A DNA stretch of 47,517 nt from an uncultured Ruminococcus sp. (GTDB lineage: Bacteria; Bacillota; Clostridia; Oscillospirales; CAG-272): assembly GCA_964507065.1 (NCBI GenBank), contig CAZDON010000001.1:1-47517 (forward strand). The letters run 5' to 3'. This document shows positions 10,091 through 20,162 of the stretch, piece by piece; within the stretch, counting starts at the first letter, position 1, and each line of letters opens with the position of its first letter. The notes beneath the pieces were generated by a model. It saw nothing but the letters and a program-made list of their open reading frames with translations, searched no databases and was not told where the DNA came from. A program made the translations under genes and the position numbers.

Positions 10091-10420
10091 ATGAATTATT
10101 GTAAAATTGGACAGAAAATCAGAAAATACCGTAAGGCCAAAGGACTTTCGCAAGAAGCTCTGGCGGAAAAAATTGGAATCTCAGTAACTCATATGAGCCA
10201 TATAGAAACCGGAAATACAAAGCTAAGTCTACCCGTGTTTGTGGATATTGCAAATGCTTTGGACGTACAAACCGACGATTTAATTTTAGATGTGTGCTCG
10301 GGACGAAATTTTGCGGAAAAAGAATTGATGCAAATATTAGACTCTTGTGACACCAATCAAATTCGTATTATTCTAGATATTATAAAGGCTACGAAAATTT
10401 CTCTTGACAAACATTTATAG
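10091..10420 (+). CDS. XRE-family helix-turn-helix transcriptional regulator
   Basis: 109 aa. Classic HTH_3 N-terminus (IGQKIRKYRKAKGLSQEALAEKIGISVTHMSHIETGNTKLSL). Confidence 0.85.
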   Translation: MNYCKIGQKIRKYRKAKGLSQEALAEKIGISVTHMSHIETGNTKLSLPVFVDIANALDVQTDDLILDVCSGRNFAEKELMQILDSCDTNQIRIILDIIKATKISLDKHL

Positions 10421-10477
10421 TATTGCATTTTTTAATCGTATCTCGCAATTGTGGTGCTGTTCTATCTATTCTAAAAT

Positions 10478-10531
10478 AATTATCGCATCTACCCCTGCTC
10501 CGTAGCGGAGGTAGATGCGATAATTGTTTTT
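10478..10531 (+). terminator. intrinsic terminator after the XRE gene
   Basis: 16-bp perfect stem AATTATCGCATCTACC / GGTAGATGCGATAATT followed by GTTTTT. Confidence 0.7.
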
Positions 10532-10876
10532 AGTCTGTCTGCTTGATAGAGTACAAATTAAAATCTTGTGTGTGTGCTATTTTTCTTATGAATTATACCG
10601 TTTGTGGTGTTATTCTATTCACAAGGATAAAAAGCTCAGTCAATTAATTCGGTAAAATTTTGGTAAATTATCAATTTATACGCTTTCAGGTAGCGAAGCG
10701 GCAGTTTTTGGAGTAAAAAGCAATACTTCGTATTGGTAAAGTTAAAACTAGACCGAGCCCGCAGGCGAGAAAAAATGGCTCCTTAAAGTTAAGGCGCCAC
10801 TTTTTAAATTTAATTAATATGCTTTCGGAGCACGAGGGGCTTTGGCTTCAAAGCCTCTCGTAATATTCATCGCAAC

Positions 10877-12232
10877 TCAATAATTCGCGAGCTTCTCTGC
10901 GATTCTTGCGGCGGTGTCCTTGCAGAGCGCTACCGTTTCGTCGAGGTCCTCGCTCTCTATCATAATTCTGACGACGGGCTCAGTACCAGAGGGACGGACG
11001 ACGATTCTGCCGTTGCCCGCAAGCTTTGCCTCTGCTTCCTTGACGATAGCCTTGATTTCCTCGTCGGTAAACATTGCAATCTTGCCCTCAGGCGTTGCCG
11101 TGATATTCTCGGTATGCTGCGGATATCTCTTCATAACCTGGCAAAGCTCGGAAAGCTTTTTGCCCGATTCCTTAAGACAGGAAAGAAGAGCAAGCGCGGT
11201 AAGCTGACCGTCGCCCGTAGTGGCAAACTCACGGAGTATGATATGTCCTGACTGCTCGCCTCCGAAGCAATATCCCTCGCGGTTGATGGTTTCAAGCACG
11301 TAACGGTCACCGACGTTAGTTGCAACGAAGCGAAGTCCGTTCGCCTCGCAGAACTTGGGGAAGCCGTAGTTCGTCATAATCGTTCCTACAACCGTATCGC
11401 GCTTAAGCTTGCCCTGACCCTTAAGATGCAGAGCAAGTATCGCCATAATAAAGTCGCCGTCTACCTCGTTACCCTTTTCGTCAACGGCAAGACACCTGTC
11501 GGCGTCACCGTCAAACGCAATACCTGCCACGCAGTCGTTCGTCTTGACGTATTCCTTAAGCGCCTCAAGGTGAGTCGACCCGCACTTTTCATTGATATTA
11601 ACACCGTCGGGCGACATTGAGAGCATATGGCACTCCGCACCCATAGACGAGAACAGCTTGCGCGCGGTAACGCTCGACGAGCCGTTTGCACAGTCGATGG
11701 CAATTCTCATTCCGTCGAAGCGGACGGCGGTGGTTGTCTTGAGAAACTCAATGTAGTCGTTTATAGCGTCAGGCGCGTCGCGTCTTACGCCAATTTTTTC
11801 TGCCGATGCAGGCTTTGGCGGGGGAGTGTTGTCGAGAACTATCGACTCAATCTGCTCCTCAAGCTCGTCTGAGAGCTTGTAGCCCTCTGAGCCGAAAATC
11901 TTAATACCGTTGTAGGGGTAGGGGTTGTGCGAGGCGGAAATCATAACGCCTGCCTTAGCGCCGTACTTCTGCACGAGATATGCTACCGCAGGGGTGGGAA
12001 CTACTCCAAGGGTGACACAGTCCGCACCGACCGAGCAAAGACCCGCGCACAGAGCGGAGCAAAGCATTTCCGACGAAATACGGGTGTCCATACCAATAAG
12101 CACCTTAGGTCTGTACTTGTGGTTAGAGGATAAAACCGTACCGAGTGCGCGTCCTATCTGCACCGCACGCTCACAGCTTAAATATTCGTTGGCAATACCG
12201 CGTACGCCGTCAGTTCCAAATAATCTTCTCAT
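10877..12232 (-). CDS. glmM: phosphoglucosamine mutase
   Basis: Starts MRRLFGTDGVRG (ATG at 12232 with AGGAA SD; the ORF track extends to TTG at 12238). Active-site loop SASHNPYPYNGIK. Full-length similarity to GlmM. Confidence 0.95.
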   Translation of the reverse strand: MRRLFGTDGVRGIANEYLSCERAVQIGRALGTVLSSNHKYRPKVLIGMDTRISSEMLCSALCAGLCSVGADCVTLGVVPTPAVAYLVQKYGAKAGVMISASHNPYPYNGIKIFGSEGYKLSDELEEQIESIVLDNTPPPKPASAEKIGVRRDAPDAINDYIEFLKTTTAVRFDGMRIAIDCANGSSSVTARKLFSSMGAECHMLSMSPDGVNINEKCGSTHLEALKEYVKTNDCVAGIAFDGDADRCLAVDEKGNEVDGDFIMAILALHLKGQGKLKRDTVVGTIMTNYGFPKFCEANGLRFVATNVGDRYVLETINREGYCFGGEQSGHIILREFATTGDGQLTALALLSCLKESGKKLSELCQVMKRYPQHTENITATPEGKIAMFTDEEIKAIVKEAEAKLAGNGRIVVRPSGTEPVVRIMIESEDLDETVALCKDTAARIAEKLANY

Positions 12233-12278
12233 AATCAATTCCTTTCAGGAAAATTTATATTTTCATTAAAGCCTTGCG

Positions 12279-12944
12279 TTATCTTCTGGGGACTATTTCA
12301 CCCGTGCCAGACATTATATGTCTTTCGGGAATGATACCGCGAACGCGGGATAGGGGATATACGAGACTCTCGCGGCCTATAATGCTGCCGGGGCAGAGAA
12401 CGCTGTTGCAGCCAACCTCTGCAAAATCACCGAGCATTACGCCGAACTTGCGAAGTCCCGTGTCTACGACCTCTCCGCCGTCGCGGATTGATATGTTGCT
12501 GTGGTCAAGCTTGAAATTCGATGCAACCGCACCTGCTCCCATATGTGAGCGATAGCCGAGAATAGAATCGCCTACGTAATTGTAGTGAGGTATTTGTACG
12601 TTATCAAATATAATCGCGTTTTTTATTTCCGTGCTGTTCCCGACCACGACTCCCTCGCCGATAAGCGCTGAGCCGCGAATGAAAGCGCCCGGGCGTATTT
12701 CAGTGCCCTTACCGATAATTGTAGGAGCTTCAATCGTTGCCGTTGGAGCAATCCTGACACCTTTAGCTACGTAAACACCCTCTGCAATACAGTCGTATTC
12801 AGTGGGCGAGAGCTCCTTTTGCAGCTTCAGTATATATTCCTTTATTTTTGGAAGCGCCTCGTAGGGATATTTGCACTCTGAAAGAAGCTCTCTTGCAAGA
12901 GTATGTGACAAATCAAAGAGCGCGGTAGTCTTTGGAATACTCAT
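12279..12944 (-). CDS. left-handed beta-helix (hexapeptide-repeat) protein, GlmU C-terminal/acyltransferase-like
   Basis: 221 aa with repeated [LIV]-G-x4 hexapeptide periodicity (IGKGTEI, IGEGVVVGNSTEI, VGDSILG, VGCNSVL). Located immediately upstream of glmM on the same strand. Confidence 0.6.
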   Translation of the reverse strand: MSIPKTTALFDLSHTLARELLSECKYPYEALPKIKEYILKLQKELSPTEYDCIAEGVYVAKGVRIAPTATIEAPTIIGKGTEIRPGAFIRGSALIGEGVVVGNSTEIKNAIIFDNVQIPHYNYVGDSILGYRSHMGAGAVASNFKLDHSNISIRDGGEVVDTGLRKFGVMLGDFAEVGCNSVLCPGSIIGRESLVYPLSRVRGIIPERHIMSGTGEIVPRR

Positions 12945-13319
12945 GATAATCTCCTATCTGCCAAGCTTTGTCAAAGATTTGGCAATAAAATATTATATGA
13001 AGAAAACGGATTCCTTGCAATTCCGCATTGCTTCATTATATATTTTATCATATAGCAACTTATTATTCAAGGAGTATTCTAAACAAATTTACACTATCTT
13101 TGAGAAAATATAAGTGCAATATGCACAATGCCATTTTGCGAATGTGGCTCTATATATGCGAAATGCCAAAAAACTGAACAAAACACCGTTCTAAATTACA
13201 AACCTCGCGAACTAAAATACAAATCCAAGCGGTCGAACCTAGGCATTGTTGGTTATAGTTGCTATAAACGCAAAGAAATATGCACCTGTAACTGTGCACA
13301 CTAAAACCATAAGCTGAAA

Positions 13320-13354
13320 AATTAAAAGGTGCAGGCGAAAAACACCTGCACCTT
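13320..13354 (-). terminator. intrinsic terminator after the ybaK-like gene
   Basis: Stem AAGGTGCAGG / CCTGCACCTT. On the minus strand it is followed by TTTTAATTTTT. Confidence 0.65.
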
Positions 13355-13376
13355 AGAGCTTTTATCAGACTTTTAT

Positions 13377-13859
13377 TTATGCCAGAATAACCTCGCGGGG
13401 CTTGCACACGTCAACGTAATCAATATAATTTGAATACCTTTCAAGCTCAGGTATGGTGAGCCTGATTGCGCTGCTTGAGTTTCCTGCGGCGGGGTATACT
13501 ATCTCAAAGCGCCTGAGTGAAACGTCGAGATAAATGCGGCAGCCCTCGTTTGTGGCAAAAGGACACACTCCGCCGACGTCATGACCGATAAGCTCATGTG
13601 TCTCCTCGTGGGTAAGCATTTTAGCTTTCGTGTGAAAAGTAGCCTTGTATTTTGCGTTGTCAATTTTCATATCGCCCGCCGTAACGATTAGTACGGGTGC
13701 ACCGTCGACCATAAAGGATAGTGTCTTAGCAATAAGAGCGCCGTCTACTCCGAGTGCCTGGCTCGCAAGCTCTACCGTAGCGCTCGATACGTCGAAGGTA
13801 ATAATTTTATCCTCAGCGCCGAGTGATTTGAAATATTGACGTACTCTCTCAATTGACAT
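13377..13859 (-). CDS. YbaK/EbsC/ProX-family aminoacyl-tRNA deacylase (trans-editing) protein
   Basis: 160 aa with the YbaK-like pattern (KTLSFMVDGAPVLIVTAGDMKID, GHDVGGVCPF). Confidence 0.75.
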   Translation of the reverse strand: MSIERVRQYFKSLGAEDKIITFDVSSATVELASQALGVDGALIAKTLSFMVDGAPVLIVTAGDMKIDNAKYKATFHTKAKMLTHEETHELIGHDVGGVCPFATNEGCRIYLDVSLRRFEIVYPAAGNSSSAIRLTIPELERYSNYIDYVDVCKPREVILA

Positions 13860-14211
13860 AATATTACTCCCCGCAAATCATTATAATCAATTATAAACAA
13901 AAACCACTGAAAATGCAATAATAAAAAGCACAAAAATTTATCCAACAAAAAAGAAAAAAGTAAAGCACCCTGCGCTCTGGTGTGGTGGGTAGAGCGTGGG
14001 GTGCTTTGACAAGCATTAATACTGGTACTGTGTATATGTTCTGCTTGATGATTTTATTATAATATTCATCATTTGAATTGTCACCCTACACCTATAAAAA
14101 ACGTCACTACACTTTTTGAGTCTGACTCTACGGGCGCACTCTACCTCTCGCTCTAGAGTAGAATGAAAGCAAAATGCGCTCTACTGTGAGTAGAAAAGTG
14201 CCTCAAAAGAC

Positions 14212-14240
14212 TTGATTTTAGTATTTTTTTGTGTTACACT
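14212..14240 (+). promoter_or_regulatory. sigma-A type promoter of the XRE-membrane/ABC operon
   Basis: TTGATT (14212-14217), 17-nt spacer, TGtTACACT extended -10 (14232-14240). Followed by a G-rich SD and a TTG start at 14264. Confidence 0.55.
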
Positions 14241-14263
14241 AATTAAAAAAGGGGGGGATATCC

Positions 14264-14878
14264 TTGAGAGAGCTTAAAGAAATTATAGCAGGCAATATCT
14301 GTGAGCTAAGGAGTAAGGCTGGCATTACGCAAATAAAGCTTGCCCAGGCGCTGAACTATTCGGATAAGGCAGTCTCGAAATGGGAGCGTGCCGAATCTAT
14401 ACCAGATATAGCCGTGCTTAAGCAGATTGCCGATTATTTTCACGTGTCGGTCGATTATCTTATATCAGAGGATCATAGTGAGTATATTGAAAAGCGTCGT
14501 GCGATATCGCGTGCCGTGAAGCGAAATAACGTTATTATCACAGGGCTTTCGATACTTTTGGTGTGGTTTGTTGCTACGTTTATCTTCGTCGAGCTGAATA
14601 TTACTCTCGCTGCCCCGAAAATTCCGTCGTGGATGGCATTTATTTATGCTATACCGACAAGCCTCACGGTGCTGCTTGTTCTTAATTCGGTCTGGGGAAA
14701 AAGACGGCTTAACTACGTTATTATTTCAGGTATGATATGGACGGCACTGCTTTCAGTCTACCTGACGCTCCTCTTTGCTATCGGGCAGAGCCTTTGGCTA
14801 ATTTTTATCCTGGGTGTTCCCGCGCAGCTTATAGTATTTCTCTGGTCAGGCTTTAAGGTCCTGAGGACGGGGGTGTAA
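14264..14878 (+). CDS. XRE-family HTH regulator fused to a four-helix membrane domain
   Basis: TTG start with a GGGGGGA SD. N-terminal HTH (ITQIKLAQALNYSDKAVSKWERAESIPD) and a C-terminal half with about 4 hydrophobic helices. Confidence 0.8.
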   Translation: MRELKEIIAGNICELRSKAGITQIKLAQALNYSDKAVSKWERAESIPDIAVLKQIADYFHVSVDYLISEDHSEYIEKRRAISRAVKRNNVIITGLSILLVWFVATFIFVELNITLAAPKIPSWMAFIYAIPTSLTVLLVLNSVWGKRRLNYVIISGMIWTALLSVYLTLLFAIGQSLWLIFILGVPAQLIVFLWSGFKVLRTGV

Positions 14879-14881
14879 AGT

Positions 14882-16789
14882 ATGAATATGCCACCTATCA
14901 AAAAAAGAATGTCGGATGGTATAAACAAGCCGAAGCGACTCCGTGACGTGCCGAGATATATCTTTCTGCGTGCAAAGGGCTTTCTCTCAAGACTGTTTTA
15001 CATAATCTCGCTCGTATGGAAGGCGTCGCCCGCCGTGCTTATCTCACTGTGCGCTTTCTGTCTGTTTGACGGTATTCTGCCCGTTGTCGGTGCCTATATA
15101 TCGAGCGAGCTTTTGAACGGAATTGCCTCCCTTATTGGCACCAACAGCACGGGTGAGGTATTCCGCGACCTGTTTGAGCTTCTTTCGCCCGTTCTCTTTC
15201 TGTTTCTTCTTCAGCTGATACACCATTTCTTAAAGCGCCTTCTTACAAAGCTTAACTCAATGGTTACCTCAATTGCAGGCGAGCTTGTCGTCAATTACAT
15301 AAAGCTTATGATAATAGGTAAGGCACGCTTAGTCGATATGAAATCGTTTGACAGCCCACAGTTTTACGAAAAGCTTGAAAACGCCAATCGAGAGGCTGGA
15401 ATGCGCCCTATCGGAATCCTTACCGCGAGCTTTAACGTAATAAGTGCTGTTATAAGTGTAATTTCATTTATTGTAGTATTGGCAACTCTTAGTCCGATAG
15501 CTCCCGTCATTATAATAATTTGTTCAATTCCAGGCGCTGTTGTAAACTATTATTTCAAAAATAAGAGCTTTTTGTATCTGAGGCGTCACTCAAAAGAAAG
15601 ACGGCAAATGAACTACTATTCATCAATTTTGACGAATAAGGACTACGCCAAGGAAGTAAAGCTCCAGGGACTTGCCGACACCTTGACGGATAAATATAAG
15701 GGAGCCTTTTCAAAATATTATTCGGGACTTAAGCGAATAATCACAAAAGAGGGAATTGCACAGGCTCTCGTTTCTCTGATCCACGTTCTTGCAAGCACGG
15801 GACTCTTCGTATTCGTCGCATACACTGTAGTTTTCGGCGACGGTAGAATAGGTGACTACTCGCTTTATACGGGTGCGCTTACCTCAATATCGACCTATGT
15901 CACGACGATTGTAGGTGCTACCGCGACGGTCTACGAGGGTACGCTGTTTATTGAGAATATGATTGATTTTATGAAGGAGCCCGTAACCGTCGTTCCAAGC
16001 GTCGAAAATCCGAGACTTCCTCAAAAATCTTCGTCGCATACTCTTGAGCTTCGTGGCGTTTCCTTCAGATACCCGGGAGCATCGCACGACGTTATCAAAA
16101 ACGTAAGCCTTACACTGAAAACGAATGAAAGCACCGTGCTGGTCGGTCTTAACGGTGCAGGTAAATCAACTCTGATAAAGCTGATAACGAGACTCTATGA
16201 CCCGACTGAGGGTGTAATTCTTCTTGACGGCATTGATATCCGTGAGTATGACGTGGACGAGCTTTATTCGCTCTACGGAATAATCTTCCAGGATTTCGGC
16301 AAGTATGCCGATACCGTTGCGGAAAACGTACGCTTCGGCGACGTAAGAGGCGAGCCTACGAGCGCTGATATCGAGCGTGCCGCATCGCAATCGGGAAGCG
16401 AGTCCTTTATAGAAGAGCTTCCGTCAAAATACCAAACGCCCCTGACCCGTCTTTTTGAGGAAAACGGTATAGAGCTTTCGGGCGGACAGTGGCAAAAGCT
16501 ATCAGTTGCCAGAGCCTTTCTGAAGGATTCGGACATACTCATAATGGACGAGCCTACGGCATCACTTGATCCGCTTGCCGAAAATGAAATATTCCGCGCC
16601 TTCGAGGAGCTTTCACGCGGTAAGCTTTCGGTATTCGTGTCGCATAGACTTTCGGGCGCGGTTAATGCGGGTAAGATTGTCGTGCTTGAGGGTGGAGAGG
16701 TTGCCGAGGTAGGAACGCACGATGAGCTCATGGCACAAAGAGGAAGATATTATCTTCTTTTCTCCACACAGGCGAAAAGATATACCTAG
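14882..16789 (+). CDS. ABC transporter permease/ATP-binding fusion (type I exporter)
   Basis: 635 aa. N-terminal six-helix TMD, Walker A GLNGAGKST, signature LSGGQWQK, Walker B ILIMDEPT. The start lies 4 nt after the regulator's stop. Confidence 0.92.
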   Translation: MNMPPIKKRMSDGINKPKRLRDVPRYIFLRAKGFLSRLFYIISLVWKASPAVLISLCAFCLFDGILPVVGAYISSELLNGIASLIGTNSTGEVFRDLFELLSPVLFLFLLQLIHHFLKRLLTKLNSMVTSIAGELVVNYIKLMIIGKARLVDMKSFDSPQFYEKLENANREAGMRPIGILTASFNVISAVISVISFIVVLATLSPIAPVIIIICSIPGAVVNYYFKNKSFLYLRRHSKERRQMNYYSSILTNKDYAKEVKLQGLADTLTDKYKGAFSKYYSGLKRIITKEGIAQALVSLIHVLASTGLFVFVAYTVVFGDGRIGDYSLYTGALTSISTYVTTIVGATATVYEGTLFIENMIDFMKEPVTVVPSVENPRLPQKSSSHTLELRGVSFRYPGASHDVIKNVSLTLKTNESTVLVGLNGAGKSTLIKLITRLYDPTEGVILLDGIDIREYDVDELYSLYGIIFQDFGKYADTVAENVRFGDVRGEPTSADIERAASQSGSESFIEELPSKYQTPLTRLFEENGIELSGGQWQKLSVARAFLKDSDILIMDEPTASLDPLAENEIFRAFEELSRGKLSVFVSHRLSGAVNAGKIVVLEGGEVAEVGTHDELMAQRGRYYLLFSTQAKRYT

Positions 16790-16823
16790 TCTTTTGAAAA
16801 GTACTATTTACAAAACAGATAGA

Positions 16824-16858
16824 AACAGGACGAAGAATAACAAATTCTTCGTCCTGTT
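16824..16858. terminator. bidirectional terminator between convergent ABC and peptidase genes
   Basis: 15-bp perfect stem AACAGGACGAAGAAT / ATTCTTCGTCCTGTT with a short loop. Confidence 0.7.
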
Positions 16859-16881
16859 ATCTTTAAAAATCATATGAAGCG

Positions 16882-18747
16882 CTACGCAGCAGGCTGCATA
16901 GGCGAGGATTGCTGATAATAATGTGAGCCAAGCACGTCGTAGTGAATCTTATCCGCAATATCCCGAAGATGCCCCTTCTCAAACGGAGAGGTGAGCTCTG
17001 CTCTTTCAAGAAGCTCAAGAAAACCGATTTCCTCACCCTCGCGGACCAGGATCTTTTCATAAGCCTCAAAGCCTGAGCCGATATTTTCCTTTTCCATAAA
17101 GTAAATTTCAAGCGCGGGAATCACTGAGGTGCAGTAAGAATGCACGTATACGGGACTCGTGAAGAAATGAGGTATAAGAATATGCTCGATTTTGTATACG
17201 GCGCTGGTGTTAATCATAAATTCTTCGGCAGCATTTACGATTATAGAGTTTATAGAGTCCTCGTTAATCTGATTAAATGCAAGACGGTACATTCCTTCTT
17301 CGATTCTCGCATAGAAGCCCTGATACACAAGCGTTTCCAAGGCGTCCTTCAGCGCGGAGTAGGTAAGATAGGTCTTGTATTCATATCCTATAATATCACT
17401 CATGGAATCGAGAGCTAAAAGCTCAAGTGCCTGAGAGAAAATCTCGGCAATGTCAATATCGCTAAGCTCTCCGTCGTTGGTATACATATCTATAAAGTGA
17501 CCGAACTCGTGAACGAGAGTAGAATAATCCCCGATGTCCTCGCTGCCCGTCATAAATATAAACGGTGCATCGTATTTGTTAAGATATACCGTGAACGCAC
17601 CTGACTGACGGTTCTCAGACTCCGTATTAATATCAAAAAGCCTGTGCTGAAGCATAAAGGAATATATATCGTAATAATCCTCATCCATATCCTTTATGGC
17701 AGTGCCGACGTTGTTGATTACGGTATCAAAGGTAACCTCAGGTGCTTCATTTTCGAGAAAATAGTAATAAAAGACGTAGGAATACAGCTGAATATACACG
17801 GGAAGCACGTAAGCAGAAATATCCGATATAAATCCTGAAATTTCGCTTGGCGTATAATCGACGCCTCTGTTTTCATAGCTGTATTCGATATAATTTGAAT
17901 ATCCGCCCGCCTCTGCAATCAGTCGTCTTACCTTGATAAGCTCAATAAGAATTTCCTTGGATTTTGTATTATAGCTTTCCTGATAAAGGTTCAGAACTAC
18001 CGTTGATATAGAGGTGTATTCGGAAGAGTTTACCCCGTACTTGCTTTCATAGTATTCGAGTATATTTTGGACGGTATCCTCAGCACCGTTATAATTAATT
18101 ACGATTTTGTCGGTTGAAAGCGCGTTGTATTGCGATACAAGCTCTGCCTCATCTGCTTGAAGCGCTATCAATTCTTCGGTAAGCTTCGTCCCGTCCTTGT
18201 ACTTTTCGATAAAGCCGTCACCGAAGAAATCACTCTCAAAGCTAGTCGCGTGTGCAGATCTTGCGCAGGCAACGAGAAGCTTTTCAAGCTCAAGAGAAAA
18301 TGAGCTTATGTTCGTTGTGATATAATTGCTTTCCTCATTCCAGAATTCGACGGATGAATCCCTGGCAACGTAAATAGAGGTAAGGGCGCGCATCGTAAGA
18401 AGATTTGCTGCCGTATTGTCAAGCTCGGTAACCTTTGCAAGCTGCTCTTGGTAGGGCGCAGTGTTTTCCTCAACGATAGAGGTAATTTCCTTCGTGCTCG
18501 CGATTATCGCAGTTATGTCAGGCCTTGCATACGTGACGTCGGAAAAATTAACCGCACCCCGTCCGTAGTCCTTGTATTCCGGGAAAATAATCTTTTCAAG
18601 ATAAGATGAGCTTTCCTCGCCCTCAGACGTGGAATCGTCCGAATCGTCATCGGGAGCCTGACACGCACATAATGATGCTAAGCATAATAGCAGCATTGAT
18701 ATGGTCAAGATTAACGCCGTCGTGCGCGTAAGTCTTTTGAAAATCAT
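16882..18747 (-). CDS. lipoprotein, M3-like (oligoendopeptidase F-like) zinc metallopeptidase
   Basis: 621 aa. Signal peptide with a lipobox-like LASLCAC. HEFGH zinc motif (LVHEFGHFIDMY). Size and helical composition resemble M3B peptidases. Confidence 0.6.
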   Translation of the reverse strand: MIFKRLTRTTALILTISMLLLCLASLCACQAPDDDSDDSTSEGEESSSYLEKIIFPEYKDYGRGAVNFSDVTYARPDITAIIASTKEITSIVEENTAPYQEQLAKVTELDNTAANLLTMRALTSIYVARDSSVEFWNEESNYITTNISSFSLELEKLLVACARSAHATSFESDFFGDGFIEKYKDGTKLTEELIALQADEAELVSQYNALSTDKIVINYNGAEDTVQNILEYYESKYGVNSSEYTSISTVVLNLYQESYNTKSKEILIELIKVRRLIAEAGGYSNYIEYSYENRGVDYTPSEISGFISDISAYVLPVYIQLYSYVFYYYFLENEAPEVTFDTVINNVGTAIKDMDEDYYDIYSFMLQHRLFDINTESENRQSGAFTVYLNKYDAPFIFMTGSEDIGDYSTLVHEFGHFIDMYTNDGELSDIDIAEIFSQALELLALDSMSDIIGYEYKTYLTYSALKDALETLVYQGFYARIEEGMYRLAFNQINEDSINSIIVNAAEEFMINTSAVYKIEHILIPHFFTSPVYVHSYCTSVIPALEIYFMEKENIGSGFEAYEKILVREGEEIGFLELLERAELTSPFEKGHLRDIADKIHYDVLGSHYYQQSSPMQPAA

Positions 18748-18989
18748 ATAACCACCAATATATATTTATTTTTAATAATTATATAGTATTTTGCCTGTAT
18801 GTTTGGTAATAAATAATAAAATAATTTTAAAATTATTATGAATTTTAAAACTGATACGCTGTATGAAGCATTTTTTATGCTGAGTCATCGCTTTCGGGGC
18901 TAACTTCCTTTGTCTACCAAGAAATGGCTGTTAAAACGATTCTTTTTCTTTGATAAATCACATTTTCTGACATTTCTCTTGAAATGATG

Positions 18990-19025
18990 AAAAGAAAAAC
19001 GGGACTAAAAATATTTAGTCCCGTT
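18990..19025 (-). terminator. intrinsic terminator after glk
   Basis: Stem AACGGGACTAAA / TTTAGTCCCGTT. On the minus strand it is followed by TTTTTCTTTTC. Confidence 0.7.
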
Positions 19026-19063
19026 ATGATAAAAATCTTTGATTTATTATATTTTTCGGCAAT

Positions 19064-20026
19064 TTACTTGCCAAGACCTGCGGCACCGATAATTCCCGCG
19101 TCGTTACCGAGAGTTGCTCTTACAATTTTTGTTTTGTTTTTAGAGCCTCTCGTATATTGGTCACGCTCTACAAGCGCAGTGAGCGGAATAATCAGGGTGT
19201 CTCCCTCATTGCATACTCCGCCGCCGATGGAAAGAATTTCAGGCTGGAAGATATTAACCATATTAGTTATACCCTCTGCAAGATAGAAAATATAGTCGTC
19301 AACGACCTCTTTTGCATATTTATCACCGAGCTTCATTGCGTCAAAGGCAGTTCTTGCGCTGACCTTGCCCGATTTTCTTGCTTCTTCGATAAGAAGCGAG
19401 GGAACTCCCTTAAGCTCAAGCTCTCTTATCATATCCTTCGTCATATTTGTAAGACCTGTTGCTGACGAATATGCTTCCCAGCAGCCGCGTCTGCCGCAGG
19501 AGCACTGCTTTCCCTTGGCAACGATAACGGTATGACCGAGCTCAGCTCCGGCGGGATTTACACCGCCGTCGTAAATTTTGCCGTCAATTACAACTCCTCC
19601 GCCAACTCCCGTGCCAAGCGTTATCATAACGGAGGTTTTAGTGCCCTTTGCAGCCCCCTTAAGTGATTCTGCAAGTGCCGCTGCATTAGCATCGTTTGCA
19701 ATAAAGACCTGCTTTATCGGGAAATAATCCTTTAAAACATCGGCAATGGGAAAATCGTGGAAGGGAATGTTGTTTGAATATTCCACAATGCCGGTTTTTG
19801 TATTTACCGTACCGGGAGATGCAATTCCCACGTAGTCAATATCGTCAGTCTTAAGACCTGCTGCCAGGGTTACAGCGTCGCAAAGTGCCGCCATATCCTT
19901 GACGATTTCTCGCGGATCTCTTTCGGGGAGAGTAGGAGTCGATTTTTTTTCGATAATATTAAGCTCACTGTCGCAAAGTCCTACGGCAATATTTGTACCG
20001 CCGAGGTCAATACCTATTGTATACAT
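19064..20026 (-). CDS. glk: ROK-family glucokinase
   Basis: 320 aa. N-terminal DLGGTNIAVG ATP motif and ROK zinc motif GHTVIVAKGKQCSCGRRGCWEAY. Confidence 0.85.
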   Translation of the reverse strand: MYTIGIDLGGTNIAVGLCDSELNIIEKKSTPTLPERDPREIVKDMAALCDAVTLAAGLKTDDIDYVGIASPGTVNTKTGIVEYSNNIPFHDFPIADVLKDYFPIKQVFIANDANAAALAESLKGAAKGTKTSVMITLGTGVGGGVVIDGKIYDGGVNPAGAELGHTVIVAKGKQCSCGRRGCWEAYSSATGLTNMTKDMIRELELKGVPSLLIEEARKSGKVSARTAFDAMKLGDKYAKEVVDDYIFYLAEGITNMVNIFQPEILSIGGGVCNEGDTLIIPLTALVERDQYTRGSKNKTKIVRATLGNDAGIIGAAGLGK

Positions 20027-20162
20027 AGATAAATCCTATCCCTTCTGGCTTTTTATATCATTATAGTTTATTTTCTGCATAAAGTCAATATTTATTATTT
20101 TTATATAACAATAACGGGCGATTTTGTTCACAGAAAATTAACATATTATGTTAGCATATCTA

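Noticed and set aside
12871-13407. ORFs 12871..13113 (+) and 13150..13407 (-) in the AT-rich intergenic region
   Set aside because: They have no SD and overlap the neighbouring gene start or the terminator. The translations are low complexity. The region is more likely promoter and terminator space for the LbH/glmM and ybaK-like genes.
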